This document shows positions 52,217-53,372 of a stretch of 53,372 nt of DNA, piece by piece. This stretch comes from Octopus sinensis (taxonomy: Eukaryota), in the NCBI RefSeq assembly GCF_006345805.1, contig NW_021833718.1:1-53372 (forward strand), in the 5' to 3' direction. Within the stretch, counting starts at the first letter, position 1, and the number at the start of each line of letters is the position of its first letter. A program made the translations under genes and the position numbers. The notes below the pieces were generated by a model that worked only from the letters and a program-made list of their open reading frames with translations, was not told the origin of the DNA and did not search any database.

Positions 52217-52330
52217 ATGGCAGCTAATATAAAACAGCAGAGATTCCTCGCACGTCTGCGTGCAGGAGCCAGGCGAATAACTGAGACTATATGCCCGTGT
52301 TTAAAGAAACCCAAAACAGATGAAATGCAC
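52217..52330 (+). pseudogene. Paralog C: truncated copy of gene A exon 1
   Basis: MAANIKQQRFLARLRAGARRITETICPCLKKPKTDE, 21/36 aa identical to gene A; upstream ~100 bp homologous (TTGCGATTT.GCAGC.T.TTTGACGATA); 1-nt deletion, then (CA)n/(GATA)n. Confidence 0.75.
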
Positions 52331-52349
52331 TTACACAAACACAAACACA

Positions 52350-52398
<49 letters not shown>

Positions 52399-52401
52399 GA
52401 G

Positions 52402-52465
<64 letters not shown>

Positions 52466-52567
52466 GGATAGAAAGATAGATAGGCACATAGATATATAGA
52501 TACATAGATACACATATAGATAAATAGATAGATATGTAGGTAGATTGATAGATAGATAGATAGATAT

Positions 52568-53372
52568 GTTTCTTTATTAGCCACACAGGGCTGCACACAG
52601 ATAGAACAAATTACAAGGTAGAGCTTTTCTTTTGAAGGTATTAAAAAAAAAAAAAAAAAAAAAAAAGAAGGGGGAGGTTCGATCAAAAGGGATCGTAAAA
52701 GGAGAGAAAGAGGACAAAAATAAGGGGGGTTAAAAAAAAAAAAAGGGGGGGGGGAGAGGAGAAAAAAAAGGATCAATAGGGATCGTTATCACAGAAATGT
52801 CAATATGAAGTGTAAAGGGGAGGACAGGTGAGTTTACCCGTGGAAAAGAAAAGCCTGCGGAAAAGACCACGGTAACCTCGGTCAATGAAGTCACATTTAT
52901 ATTCTTTTTTTTTTTTTTTTTTTTTGCAAATAAGCAACTCTCTGTTTTCGATTTCTGGGTTCATAGGACTATGCTCAAGGTGGCTTCGTCATTCATACGT
53001 GCCATTCTTGCTACATTCACCCATCTTTTTTTAAAACATTCGCTAGACAAAACTTGCCTCTCTACTCTCACTTTCCTTTTCAAGTGGTACTTGAAGAAGT
53101 TGATGAGAGATTGACCAGAGAGGGAAAGTGTTTGTCTCCAATCCTTTCAGACGCGTCCACCAGATACATTCTTTCGCCATAGCCACAAGGATGATGAAAA
53201 TAGCTCTTCCTTCCGTTTGAAGGAAGGAGGCGTGACAATATTGACGATAGACTCAGCTGATAAACCGACTCGTCCTACACGTGACAGCAGTTGTTCGACA
53301 TAAGCCCACAGGTCGGAAATTGTTGGACACTGAACGAGTGCGTGCAGAACGGTTTCGTCGCTCTGACCGCAT
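52568..53372 (-). mobile_element. Tx1/L1-group LINE 3' end, continuing beyond the window
   Basis: Minus strand CGQSDETVLHALVQCPTISDLWAYV...AMAKECIWWTR (CCHC / zf-RVT-like), pyrimidine-rich 3'UTR, AATAAA, ends in (ATCT)n. Confidence 0.8.

Overview
AT-rich eukaryotic DNA, dense in microsatellites and retroposons. The SINE families and repeat load suggest an octopod cephalopod, probably Octopus (inference from recall, not a search). Almost all ORFs in the supplied track are microsatellite translations. Real content: (1) A hand-reconstructed six-exon gene on + (31152-40016, ~150 aa, no family recognised) whose internal exons are all symmetric phase-1 micro-exons, plus two downstream paralogous remnants (47126-49151 and 52217-52330). 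(2) Many Penelope-like-element (PLE) derivatives sitting in (TA)n tracts, with fold-back arms and type I hammerhead ribozymes (HHRs). They include a 472-nt-period retrozyme-like unit, a GIY-YIG-type fragment linked to a decayed HHR, and three sense-strand HHRs inside the gene's introns. (3) An 18-copy, ~153-bp tandem array built from a tRNA-derived SINE head (41138-43850). (4) Three tRNA-SINE families; decayed LINEs (R4/Dong-like, CR1/L2-like, RTE-like, Tx1/L1-like); Helitron-type elements; MITEs. Everything was read by eye; element boundaries other than splice sites and HHR cores are approximate.
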